Shown here piece after piece: positions 52,122 through 64,000 of a DNA stretch of 64,000 bases. A program made the translations under genes and the position numbers. How positions within the stretch are numbered: the stretch's first letter is position 1; the number at the start of each line of letters is the position of its first letter. This DNA comes from Eledone cirrhosa (taxonomy: Eukaryota), in NCBI GenBank assembly GCA_964016885.1, contig OZ024743.1, forward strand, positions 193,006,001 through 193,070,000, given 5' to 3'. The notes under the pieces were generated by a model, which was not told the origin of the DNA, did not search any database, and saw only the letters and a program-made list of their open reading frames with translations.

Positions 52122-53649
52122 GTTTTGTTCCATTTGATGCGGGATTGGTCGGGAGATTGTGTCTTGCTCGTACGGAAGTGTCTCTGGCAGGTTTTCTATG
52201 GCTGGATGCCCTTCCTAACACCAACCACATTTACAGTGTGGACTGGGAGCCTATCCTATCGTTTTGGGAGGTGCCAACGAAAATGACTAAGGTTCTGAAA
52301 TAAATTACTAATTTTCCAACAAAAGGACTAAATTTTCCGACACCCCCATGCACACCCAACATTATGCTACTGTATATATCCATATATATATGCCAAAATA
52401 AAATGTACCAAGTACATTCTGTAGAATCATTGGTGTTAGGAAGGACATCGAGCTGTAGAAACCATGCCAAAAATGGAACATATGAGTGAGATGTGATCAT
52501 TTGATCTGTTTAATCACAGACTATGACAATGCACCCACCAAATTTTAGCATAAACATAATAAGCTATCGGCTTATATATAAACTTTTACAAATGATACAT
52601 TTATGGAGAAACTCCTTTCCATATAAAGTTGGCTTGATAGGCTGGTGTAAATTAGCAGTAACACTAAATACAGCATAACAATAGTAATAATGAGCAATGG
52701 TCTAGGAATCAAGTAGAGACAGGTCATGTGCCACAGCTCACTACATAGTGACATTGCACAAAAGATAGATAAAAGGTTAGAAGGGGTATAGAGGGTATAA
52801 TGGATCTGGAAATACATGGAAAAGGGGACTTGATAGGAACATATTGGGCACCTTGCTTGTTCTGGTAGGCAATTCTTCCCCTCCCAACACTGTGTGATAC
52901 TAATCATCAGAATCTTTTGTCATTTCTATCATGAGGTTCAACTTCGCAAGGTCAGTCCTCCCCATTTCATCCCATATTTCCCAGGTCTCCTACAGGTACC
53001 ATCAACTTCAAGAAACTGGCACTTCTTTAAACAAATGGTATCCTTTATATTCTCAGGGAGACTTAATTTGGCACTGTATGCGATCAGACTGGCCCTTTGA
53101 ATCACAAATGGAACTCCTCATTTTTGCCAGTTGATTATGTATCTTGCACAAGGACTCAACATGCTGAAGGCAATTGAATTCATAACCTTATGATCATGAA
53201 CCAAAACACCCTATCTACTAATCCATGCACCATGTACAATATACATCATCATCATCACCATTATCATTTTACGTCTGCTTTTCCCTGCTTGCAAGGGTGG
53301 GACGGGAACTGATTCAGGCTTGATTTCTACAGCTGGATGCCCTTCCTAACACCAACCTCATTTACAGTGAGTGCTGGGTGCTTTTTTGCCGTGGCACCTA
53401 CACGACCACTTTGCAGTGGAATGATATGGACCCCAGTCCTTATCATCTCATTTCTACAGCTGAGTAAACTGGAGCAATGTGAAATAAAGTGTCTTGCTCA
53501 AGGAAACAACACATCACCCGGTCTGAGAATTGAACTCACAACCTTTCGATTGCAAGGCCGATGCTCTAACTACTAAGCCATGTGCCTCCATATATAACAG
53601 AATACTCCTATGTTTTACCGGTGGGGGTGGGTTGATAAATATGAATTTT

Positions 53650-54534
53650 TTCCGGGCCCCCTTTAAAATATGTAGTGACCCATACCATTCACTGAAATCA
53701 TACTAAAAAATTTTCCCGAGGGCCGGAACCCTCCTGTACATACCCCCTGAAGTTGAGGATGGTCGAAAAGAAGGAAAAGTCCGCTATTATTGCACCTATA
53801 CTCAATATTTTTTCGTCACAATGAGGATTTTTGGGGTCGATAAACTCATTTATGGTATTGTTTTTGCATTACGACCATCCAATATGCCGGAACTCCAGGA
53901 TAGCGACCAAAATCCAAGATGGCGACCAAAATTCGATATGGCGGGTACAATAATTTTTCACTGCGAGAGTTATGTTGTCTCATGTAATAAATAGTCAGCT
54001 GCAAAATGGATGCTACTGTTCAGGACTTTAAAGATGCTTTAGATCACTTGTTGAACAATTATAATTTAAAATAAACCAATGATAATGTACCAATGAATCA
54101 TGCATAATCATTTTTTCCAGCCATAGACTAGAGTTAAGTTCATTTTGTCTTCGGTAATGCGTTTAAAATATGCCATTCATGAAAAATGATAACCCATGCT
54201 AGCGTGGAAAACGGACGTTAAACGAAGATGATGATGATGATGATGATAGTTGGTTCAATAACAGTTTCCCATATCCGACATCCTGGATTTCTGGCATATT
54301 GGATGGTGTAATGCAAAAATAATACCATAAATGATTTTATCGACCTCCCAAACCACCATTGTGACAAAAAAATATCGAGTATAGGTGCAATAATAGCGGA
54401 CTTTTCCTTCTTTTCAACCATCCTCAACTTCAGGGGGTATGTACAGGGGGGTTCCGGCCCTCGGGAAAAAATTTTTTTAGTATGATTTCAGTGAATGGTA
54501 TGGGTTACTACATATTTTAAAGGGGGCCTGGAAA
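53650..54534. mobile_element. Foldback DNA element with ~250-bp inverted repeats
   Basis: 53654-53899 vs 54281-54530; internal caagatggcg motif; an RTE tail fragment is inserted at about 54190-54248. Confidence 0.8.
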
Positions 54535-56109
54535 TTGAGTCTGCAGATTTGTAAATTAACACCTCCTCCTATTACTGGCGAAGATTCGAAACCGAATCTG
54601 AGGTTTCTCACATCTGGGACCATCTATCGTTGGCGGTTCCCACTATTGTCTTGTCAAAGACAACAATGATAAACGTACCTACCACTTGACCTCTGATCCC
54701 AGCTTCCTGGGAGACAATATTTACATGGCTGATCATAAATCAACCTCATGTACATATCCTTCTAACTATATAGCACTATTATAAATACAAGAAGTTAAGG
54801 AATCTAAGACCAGAGATACCGAAGCAAGCAGTCCGTGTTAAGGTTCACGATGTAGCAGACCTTTTACTCTTTCTCTCTCCTGGCCTCATTGGTTCTCGCC
54901 TTCTCGGCCACAGACACAGCCAGACAAACAGACCCTAAGCAACAGTCAGCAAATGATAATGATGTAGGCATCAGCAGACCTTTTACCCTTTCTCTCTCCT
55001 GGCCCTTACTGGTTCTCACCTTATCGGCCACAGACACAGCCAGCCATGCCTGCCTGACAGATTGACCACTACTACTACAACAATAATGTATTCTAAGAAT
55101 AGATACACACACACATCGTAAGTTCATATTGTTTACATTCTATGCTCATTCTATTCTTCCTGTCATATTGTATCTGTGAGATACAACACAACTTTTACTA
55201 TATCGTTTTCTGTGATACATGCATTTACGCTAACTCGTAGAAGCTAGTGAGCTAAATAATGTAGGCATAATTCATGCCATAAATATTATTACTCGATGTT
55301 CAAAGTGAATATTGTTGTTATAAAATAAAAGTTGTTAACAACTCAATCATGGCATTATTCTTTTCAACAAACACCCATCAAAAGAATATCATTTATCCAC
55401 TACACATATTAGAAAGCATAATTACAACTTATAGATGGTTTCACATTGATTTACCTTCCATGATATATTATATAATAATATAATACAATACAATAAATAC
55501 AACACACATGTATATATATACAAATACATACATACACACATATATGCATGATGATGGTTGCAACTCAATTTCGAGTAATACTATTGCTTGATACTTAAGC
55601 ATGAGCAGCACATACGTGGCTTTTTAGTCCTGCTAGGGACTTGCCTATGGCCAGCAATACCATGCATTGCAAAAAATGTCACATATCAAGCGATGACTGT
55701 GCTTGAAACTTTTTTAAGTGAGGAAAGGCTTTGCATGGGCCCAATCCCACTCTCTGAACATCGAATGCATTTGCTTTCAAAAAAGAACTGGTCTACATCA
55801 TTGGATGCAAACAAAGTCGCAGATTTTATATCAGAGTGACCTTCTCCTAGAGAAATATCTTAAGGAAAACTGGGAGTCTTTCACTCCGCAAAAAATAAAA
55901 AAAAACTTTATTGGATAGCTGTTGACTCTTCTGAGTTCCTCAGCCCTTTGATGGGTTTTGTTTTTCATCCTAAAGGGTGTCCAAAATCACCCTCCTCATC
56001 AGACAAGCTTGGTGGGGTTGCCAGTTTAGTAGCTGATAACCCAACCATGCACAGGTTGTACTGGGTTACATGTTACCAGTAGCACTGAAGAGCAACCTGA
56101 CATACATAC

Positions 56110-56400
56110 ATACATACATTAGCTGCCCAGCAGATGTCAATATCATGCTAAAAATTAACAACAAGGAGAACATTTATGCTGAATTAATGGGGAATCTGCA
56201 GATACTCCACTCTAACTATATCTTTAGATTTGTACCTGTGATCAGTGGGGCTCTGGGATATGTTACTAACTGCCTCAATACAAATCTTGAGAAACTCGGC
56301 TTCACAGAATCAGAATGAACACAGCTAGTTAGGAAGTCGCAAGTACAGTCTATTAATGGACTGTAAAAATATGTAAAACATTTAAGAAATTTAGTATGTA
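56110..56400 (+). mobile_element. R4/Dong-like non-LTR element 3' fragment (restriction-like endonuclease)
   Basis: SCPADVNI..K...KENIY.EL...FVPVISGALG pattern. Confidence 0.65.
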
Positions 56401-57787
56401 ATAACTGCATATACACCTGTACAGATGCAAAAACATATGCATATATACACATATAACTCAAAACATACAGATCGTCACATGCAATAACAACCATACCTGG
56501 ACACACAGACACAATCAGACATACATACATATTTACGTAGTTGATATTGTCTAAATTCTAATGAAAGTGTCTTGTCTCTTTGTTAGAAACCATCTCTCTC
56601 TCTAGTGGGGAAAATTTATAAAATAATAAAACTAGAAGAACATATATACATACATACAAACAAAACAAAAATATGCCTTAATAGATAAAAGTACAGGCAA
56701 GTGAAGAATGGCATAAACATTTATACAGAACAGACACTTTAGACATCAGTACAAACATTCAATCACACGTACAGATTTATGCAAATACCTGTACTCATAT
56801 ACATAGATCTATATCTACACATACTCTACACACATACATGCATGCACTTACAAATATGCACTCTCTCACACACAACTATACTATAAAATTATGCATCAGT
56901 CGAGAATATTAATGCATTAAAGGATTTTATAAAGATTTCCTAACAAGGAGAAATCTCAGACTCAAGCATTCAAGCAAGCTTGTGTGGAAGGAAGACATCA
57001 GTTGAGATTTGCTATGTGCTATGTAACTGACCTACTTCACAACAATACCAACTATTTCAGCTAAGCAATAAGTATGATGTAGCATAGTACCTGTATGTAC
57101 ATAGTTTGTTTGTTTTGTTTGTTTATTTACAAACACTCATACATACAGATAGACACACATACATAGAGATGCATACACACCCACACCACATTAGTATATA
57201 TACATGTATATTTATATATACATATACACATCCATTTGTACACACACATATATAAATATACACACACATATATAAATATACACACACACATACACACATC
57301 CTTTGCTAGTAGGGAAAGTGGATTTTAAATTATTATTATGATGATGATATATGTGTGTGTGTGTGTATATATAAATATAGGTAAAATTACACAAAACAAG
57401 GGAGCATGCAGTTGAAATGTGAGCAATAATAAAAGTAGGCGTAAGTTTGAAAAAAAATATGAACAATATCATCATCATCATCATCAATTAACGTCCATGT
57501 TCCATTCTAGCATTTGTTAGATGAGTCCTATTTTAGGTACTTCTGGCTGGTTTTCTATGGCTGAATACCCTTCTTAATGCCAATCACACCGACGTATATA
57601 TTTATGTCTAACAGAAAGATAATAGGGTCATATCAGAAGCAATTACCTCTAAATGATCCAGCGAGATCCCCAAGTCTGACCAACCAAACTTATGGATGTT
57701 ATCCAGCCATCTTGCTCATGGTCAACCTCTGAGTTTTCTGATGGTTGTCTTTGCACATTAAATTTACTCAGCAATTCTTTCTTTAGA

Positions 57788-58600
57788 CATCATCATCATC
57801 ATTACCGTTTAATTTCTTATTTTCCATGCTTGCATGGGTTAGATGGTTCGCCCACATTATGAGGCATGTCTGGCCAGTTAGCTGTGCCGTAATTTGCTCA
57901 AATGGAACTGAAATTTGGCTCATTTTTTAAAGCTGGATGCCCTTCCTAACACTAACCGCATTTACAGTGTGGAACTGTGTGGTTCTGTTATGAGGAGGGT
58001 CTGGCTTTTTTGCCACACCATAACTTGCTTAAATGGAACTGTATTTAGGCTGGGTTTTTTTTACAGCTGGATACCCTTCCAAACACCAACCACCTTTACA
58101 GTGTGGAACTAGGTGGTCCTGTTATGAGAGAAGTCTGGTCAGTTCGCCATATTTGGGAGCTGGGTGAACCCATAATGAGGAAGATCTGGCCAGTTGGCTG
58201 CATTGAACTTGTGTTTTTGCTGGGATTTTTACAGCTGCTGGATGCTTTTCCTAACACCAAACACATTTAGTGTGGGACTGGGTGATCACACATATGAGGC
58301 AAGTCTGGCCAGTTGGGCACACTATACAATGCTCATACAGGACTGTGTTTTGGCCGGGTTTTTATGGCTGCTGGATGTTCTTCTTAACAACAACCACATT
58401 TACACAGTGGAGCTGTGTATTCCCATTCTAGGGAGGGTCTCACCAGACCCTGCCCATAACGGAACTGCATTTTGGGAGCTGGGTGGACACGTTATGAAGA
58501 AAGTCTGGTCAGTTGGCCGCGCCGAACCTCGCGCATAGTAGAACCTGTGTTCTGGCTTTGTTTTTATAGCTGCTGGATGCCCTTCCTAACAACAACCACA
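57788..58600 (-). repeat. Tandem array built from the RTE-tailed short-element core
   Basis: About five gctggatgcccttcctaacaccaacc-containing units behind one (CAT)n tail. Confidence 0.75.
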
Positions 58601-58884
58601 TGTGATTGAAGTTTTAAAATTTAATTCATCTTTTAGTTTTCTTTCTTTTCCATACACACTCTTGCCATGCCCTTTCTATAAAGAAGTGAGATTAAAAAAT
58701 TGCTGTCGCTACTTTTTCTCTCTATTGCACACTCTTACATTCCCTCTCCGCAGCATGACTGACCTTTTACACCACACTTAACCTGATATTAGCTCTTTAA
58801 TATGATTGAATATAGATAAGTAACAGTACAGAACAAATTAAAAAACAAAACGCTAGGTAATAACTTTCAACATCTTTTATCAAG

Positions 58885-59244
58885 AACTAGCAGATGTACC
58901 CGGCGTTGCTCGGGAAATGAATGACAGCCTGTTTGTCCGTATAAAGAGAGCCAAAGGTTGAGCAAAGAATTGAAATGTAATTGTAAAAAAAAGTTTAACA
59001 AAATGGGTGTACAGTGATTGAGTGAAATAAACGGCAACATAAAAACAATTCATGGGGTAGCTTGTACAATAAAATCGATTTTTCGGCCCCAATATCGAAT
59101 TTTTTCAATTTTTTGTCCAAAACCTGCTCTGGCATATAAGCAATACGTGTGCCAACTTTGGTTGAAATCGGCCTAGTACTTCAAAAGTTAAAAGAAGCCT
59201 AGTATTTGTACACAGACAGACCGACTTGCTTTTATATATATAGA
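58885..59244 (+). mobile_element. Non-autonomous Helitron/Helentron-like element
   Basis: 5' actagcagatgtacccggcgttgctcggg hairpin and 3' cagacagac...tttatatatataga, the DINE/HINE-type architecture. Confidence 0.6.
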
Positions 59245-59419
59245 CAAGGCCAGCAATTACCCAGTACATATCTGGTACTTTATTTTATCGACCCCGTGAG
59301 GATGAAAGGCAAAGTTAACCTCGGCGGTATTTGAACTCAGACCGTAAAGGGACGTAACTCCATGCTATGAAGCATGGTGTCCGACTCTCTACAGATTCTG
59401 CCAATCCACCGCCCTAATG

Positions 59420-59649
59420 CCTGTACGTAATGAGGGAGTGAGAGGGGGAGAGAAAGAAAGGCAGAGGTGAAGTGACGAAGTGACTCTCTCCTCCTCCTCC
59501 TCCCCCATCTCCCCATTCGTCACAGCGATAGAGGGGAGGAATGTTAGTGTGTTACAAAGAGAAAGAGTGAGAGTGAGAGAAACAGACAGACTAAAAGAGA
59601 GGGATAGCAACAGATACAGTACATTAGCTAAGGGATGTATATATATTTC

Positions 59650-59680
<31 letters not shown>

Positions 59681-60083
59681 TACACACACAGAAATGTATA
59701 TATATTTCTGTGTATATATATATATTTCTGTGTGTGTATATATTACACACACACAGAAATGTATATATGTTTCTGTAGCACTCCTCAATCCCCCCCTCTC
59801 TCACCCTGCTATCCCCCTCTTGTAGTCTGTCTCTTTCTTTCACTCTTACTCTCTCCCTCTACGCGTGCGCAAAAAACATTCGCACGCGCGCACGTGTTTT
59901 AGCGTCTATTCACTCTCTCTCCCTCTCTCCCTCCCGCTATCCCTCTCTCGTAGTCTGTCTCTTTCTTTCACTCTCACTCTCTCTCTACGCGTGCGCAAAA
60001 ACATTCGCACGCGCGCACGTGTTTCCACTGTCGGACAGACAGATAGACAAACAGAGAAATTGCTGGTTATATATTATAAGGAG
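59420..60083 (+). repeat. Microsatellite-rich element with ~75-bp internal direct repeat and Helentron-like 3' end
   Basis: 59822-59900 is repeated at 59950-60022 (acgcgtgcgcaaaaacattcgcacgcgcgcacgtg); ends cagacagatagacaaacagag...tatatattataaggagat. Confidence 0.5.
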
Positions 60084-60097
60084 ATTGTAGAGTCTAG

Positions 60098-60212
60098 ATG
60101 ATAAGTAGTAGTAGTAGTGGTGGCGGTTGTAGTAGTGGTGGTGGTTGTAGTAGTAGTAGTAGTAGTAGTAGTAGCAGCAGAAGTAATAGTAGTGGTGGTG
60201 GTGGTGGTGGTG

Positions 60213-60248
<36 letters not shown>

Positions 60249-60269
60249 GCAACAGAAGTAATAGTAGTA

Positions 60270-60300
<31 letters not shown>

Positions 60301-60318
60301 CAGCAGCAGAAGAAGTAA

Positions 60319-60356
<38 letters not shown>

Positions 60357-60372
60357 AGAGCAGCAGAAGTAA

Positions 60373-60416
<44 letters not shown>

Positions 60417-60432
60417 AGAGCAGCAGAAGTAA

Positions 60433-60465
<33 letters not shown>

Positions 60466-60614
60466 CAACAGAAGTAATAGTAGTAGTGGTGGTAGTAGTA
60501 GTGGTGGTAGTAGTAGTAGTAGTAGCAGCAGCAGCAGAAGTAATAGTAGTGGTGGTGGTGGTGGTGGTGGTGGTGGTAGTAGTAGTAGTAGTAGCAGCAG
60601 CAGAAGTAATAGTA

Positions 60615-60647
<33 letters not shown>

Positions 60648-60690
60648 GCAGCAGTAGCAGCAACAGTAACAATACTAGTACTAATAGTAG
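60098..60690. repeat. Compound (AGT)n/(GGT)n/(AGC)n trinucleotide satellite
   Basis: About 590 bp; recurrent marker agcagaagtaat. Confidence 0.95.
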
Positions 60691-62021
60691 TTATTCTGTA
60701 TATTGTATAAGTGACAAAGAACATTAGTGGTGAGGCTTTACCATTGCATGTACAATGTTAAAACATTGTCTTTACTTGTCTACTGTAGATCTGTGACATT
60801 TAAGTCATAGCTTCACATCATAACAACTCAATGTCAACCACGTGATGGTAGCCAGACATGAATACAAGCAATAAATTGAAGTGAATAAAACAACAACAAC
60901 AATAATAATTTCTACTACAGTAATTTTGGGAGAAGGGAAAGTTGATTAAATTGACTCCAGTGCATTACCGGTACTTTATTTTATTGGCCCCAGAAAGATG
61001 AAAGGTCAAGCTAACCTTGGCGGGATTTGAACTCAGAACGTAAAGGGCCGCAACTCTATGCTATGAAGCATGTTGTCCGATGATCCACTGATACTGCCAA
61101 TCTACTGCCCTAACAACAACAGCAATAGTAATAATTTCTAATTTAGGCATAAGGCTTGCAATTTGTGGTGAGGAGAAAGTAGATTATATAGATTCCAATA
61201 TTTGACTGGTGCTTTATTTTATCGACAAATGAAAGGCAAATTAGCCTCTGGTTCCTCCAATATATGCTAGTCCTGCAGATATCTGGCACTGGTTTACCTG
61301 TTTCTTTTTTGGTGAGTGGAAATGGGGATGTTGGCCATAGCCTCTCCAGTCTACCTTAGTACAATCAATGGATAAGCAAGCTTAATGTGCTTATATTGAT
61401 CCCTTCAAGCTGATAAGAAGGATCATGCAAAGATTCTTATCAAGAGGTGTTCAAGCTTGCATGTTATTGAATCTAGGTTATTCTATTTTCACTTAGTTGG
61501 CAACAAGGCTTGGGTCAGCATATAGACAGCTAATAGGTTGCTAAAGATAGTGCGGTTATGGGTCTTGTAAGTCATTTTGCTAACAGCTCCAACTTGTGCT
61601 GCTGTCATGCACCACAGACTGTTGTGAGCAATGGATAAAACACACCCAGCCCACTCAGTAAAGAGGTAGTGGTGGTGCCATATTAAAGAACATCCAGTTC
61701 ACCCTGTAAGGTGGTAGTGATGGTGTCATGATAAAATGCTCCCAGTACACACTATAAAGTGATTGGTATTTGGAAGATCATCCATCTGTAGAAACCAAAT
61801 GCAAAATGAAACTTATGAGTAAGATATGGTCATCTGACCTATCTAACCTGAGAACATAACCCAAACAAGAATAGAAAATAGATGTTAAATGATAATGATC
61901 TTCATCGCTTTCGAACTTTTAAAAATGTTTCTGAAGCTACTATTATAGTATTGGATATGTAGTTATTGAATGGCAAGCTAGTGGATATTGTATTGTTATG
62001 TGCTCTATCCAGATATGTCAT

Positions 62022-62175
62022 CCTGAGGTCATTTTCTCTTATTATGAATTTTTGGTAATGTTTTGCCATGTCTTTCCTGAGGTCATTTTCTCTTATGGAT
62101 TTTTGGTAATGTTTTGCCATGTCTTTCCTGAGGTCATTTTCTCTTATTATGGATTTTTGGTAATGTCTTCATGTC
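62022..62175. repeat. 51-54-bp tandem repeat, ~3 copies
   Basis: cctgaggtcattttctctta at 62022, 62076, 62127. Confidence 0.9.
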
Positions 62176-62779
62176 TTTGTAAAGAGTTACCTGATCCTTT
62201 TAAAATGTCAATAAGTCTTTCAAGGGAATGAACAAGGCTAATTTCGACTGAATCCGACAATAGAGGGGGTTAGCTCCCATGGAATGAGACGGGGGTGGAT
62301 GGGGTGAGGAATGCGAGGATGAAGGCTGATAGAATTTTACGAAATCCTTTTTGTATGTGGGTCCTCTGGTCACTCGGTGCATGGCCTTAAAATAATTTAG
62401 ATTTAAATCTAAATGGTGACATTCTTTTTAAACAACCATCAATGTTAAATCTACCATCAGATGGGCATGTAAAAGGAATGTATGGACCGCACAGGAATAG
62501 GAGGTTGGGAGCGAGCTAAAACAGAGAAATGTATTCTGTGTTTGTGGGGAAATGTATGTAAGATGTTCAGATGAATGTTACAGTGTAAAACTGCAAAAAT
62601 AGAACAGTGGTATACTAAAACATTGAAGAGAGGAAATTGAAACTGAAAAAGGAATTCTGAGATGTACCAAAAACGAGGAAGTGTGTGTGAGATATTGAGA
62701 TGGATGTAAATTCAATAAAAGTGCAAAAATAAAGCCGTGAGAAATTAAAATATTGAAACTGAAAAAAGAATTTTGGCTT

Positions 62780-63240
62780 TTTAGCTGCACCATACCTTGC
62801 TCAAATGAAACTATTTAGGTTGTGTTTTTTTACAGCTGGACACCCTTTCAAACACCAACCACCTTTACAGTGTGGAACTGGGTGGTCCTGTTATGAGAGG
62901 AGTCTGGCTAGTGGCCATATTTGGGAGCTGGGTAGACCCATAATAAGGAAGATCTGGCCAGTTGGCTGCGTTGAACCCGTGTTTTTGGTGGGATTTCTAC
63001 AGCTGCTGGATGCCTTTCCTAACACCAACCATATTTAGCATGGGACTGGGTGGTCACACATATGAGGCAAGTCTGGCCAGTTGGCTGCACCATACATTGT
63101 TCAAATGGAACTGTATTTTGGTTGGTTGGGAATTTTTACAACTGGAAGCCCTTCCTAACACCAACCACATTTACAGTGTGGAGCTGTGTATTTCCATTAT
63201 AGGGAAGGTCTGATCAGACTCTGCCCATAACAGAACTGGA
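62780..63240 (-). repeat. Second copy of the array segment 58010-58470
   Basis: Colinear similarity including the same unit variants. Confidence 0.8.
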
Positions 63241-63299
63241 GGAAAAAATATATATAATGTGTTTATGAAACGTGTTATGTGTGATTACGAATAAAATGT

Positions 63300-64000
63300 T
63301 AAACTGAAACTTTGATCTCTCACATCCTCTCATCCACCCCACCACTCCCATAACAGCTAGTTTGCCTCCAATGTCACCTTCCCCCCACTGCCAGAGTCTT
63401 CTCCTCCCCATCTGAATCCTAATTCTAAGTTTGACTCCTCTGATGCTGCCAATTTACCACGAAACAGCACTCTCTGTTCCTGTACCAATTTATATCTAAG
63501 GACAATCACATGTCTCTCACACTATCACAGGAACTGGTTTAGCCTTACTAAGGGTCAATTTGAAAGTTTCTCAAACTGGATGTGTACTCAATGCCACTTC
63601 AGCTCCAATTCACTTTGCAGATCAGAAACTAGCTCTGACGTTCGTATTTCTGTTGATGATTTTGCCACTGCCCTCCAGGGCTTATCTAAGTTGAAACTCA
63701 TTAATAGGATCCCAAAGAGAGTTCAAACCAGTTTCGCCTGTGCTTTCTTGTAGCTCCTGAAGAACGTCTGCCTATCCAATGACATGTTGGATTGGCAGAA
63801 ACTATTCTTGTTTCCATTAGCCTCTCTCCATGTGTCCAACAAGAAATTCAGATCCCTCATATGTTCATTAAAACGGATTGAATCAACCCCAACTACTGCT
63901 CATTTCAGGTTGGTGATCAACTCAGTTCCAATCAATGGACGATCACCAAACTTAAAGAAGGCCATCAATGCCAAATTCAATGAATTTGACATTAAAAGGG
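63300..64000 (+). mobile_element. CRE-like non-LTR element, 5' part (runs off the window)
   Basis: WMCTQC, then NRIPKRVQ...ND..DWQKLFLF and AKFNEFDIKG, resembling the pre-RT region of CRE elements; in-frame stop. Confidence 0.5.

Noticed and set aside
60074-60727. Long poly-Thr/Ser/Val/Leu ORFs (mucin-like)
   Set aside because: Open in four frames because of the triplet satellite; no gene context.

Overview
AT-rich, repeat-dense eukaryotic genomic DNA. The repeat landscape ((TA)n/(CAT)n microsatellites, RTE LINEs with matching short elements, tRNA-headed SINEs) suggests an octopod cephalopod; this is inference only. The one host gene I can support is an NBR1-like selective-autophagy receptor on the minus strand. 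It has seven phase-compatible GT-AG coding exons from ATG 39604 down to 654 and runs off the left edge. The N-terminal PB1 domain lies in the first four exons. The rest is transposon-derived: an internally deleted piggyBac with TIRs and TTAA TSDs, piggyBac-type MITEs, many RTE fragments, CRE and R4-like fragments, Penelope-like element (PLE) remnants, a Helitron-like element, foldback elements and satellites. The most interesting structure is a dispersed set of type I hammerhead-ribozyme motifs of at least three sequence families, sitting in palindromic PLE-like remnants next to (TA)n tracts. Also notable are an RTE insertion with twin-priming geometry, a ~1.8-kb-arm inverted RTE pair inside an NBR1 intron, an exact 33-nt templated insertion and a speculative divergent plus-strand gene. 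I cannot confirm a wholly new biological system. All alignments were done by eye and repeat boundaries are approximate.
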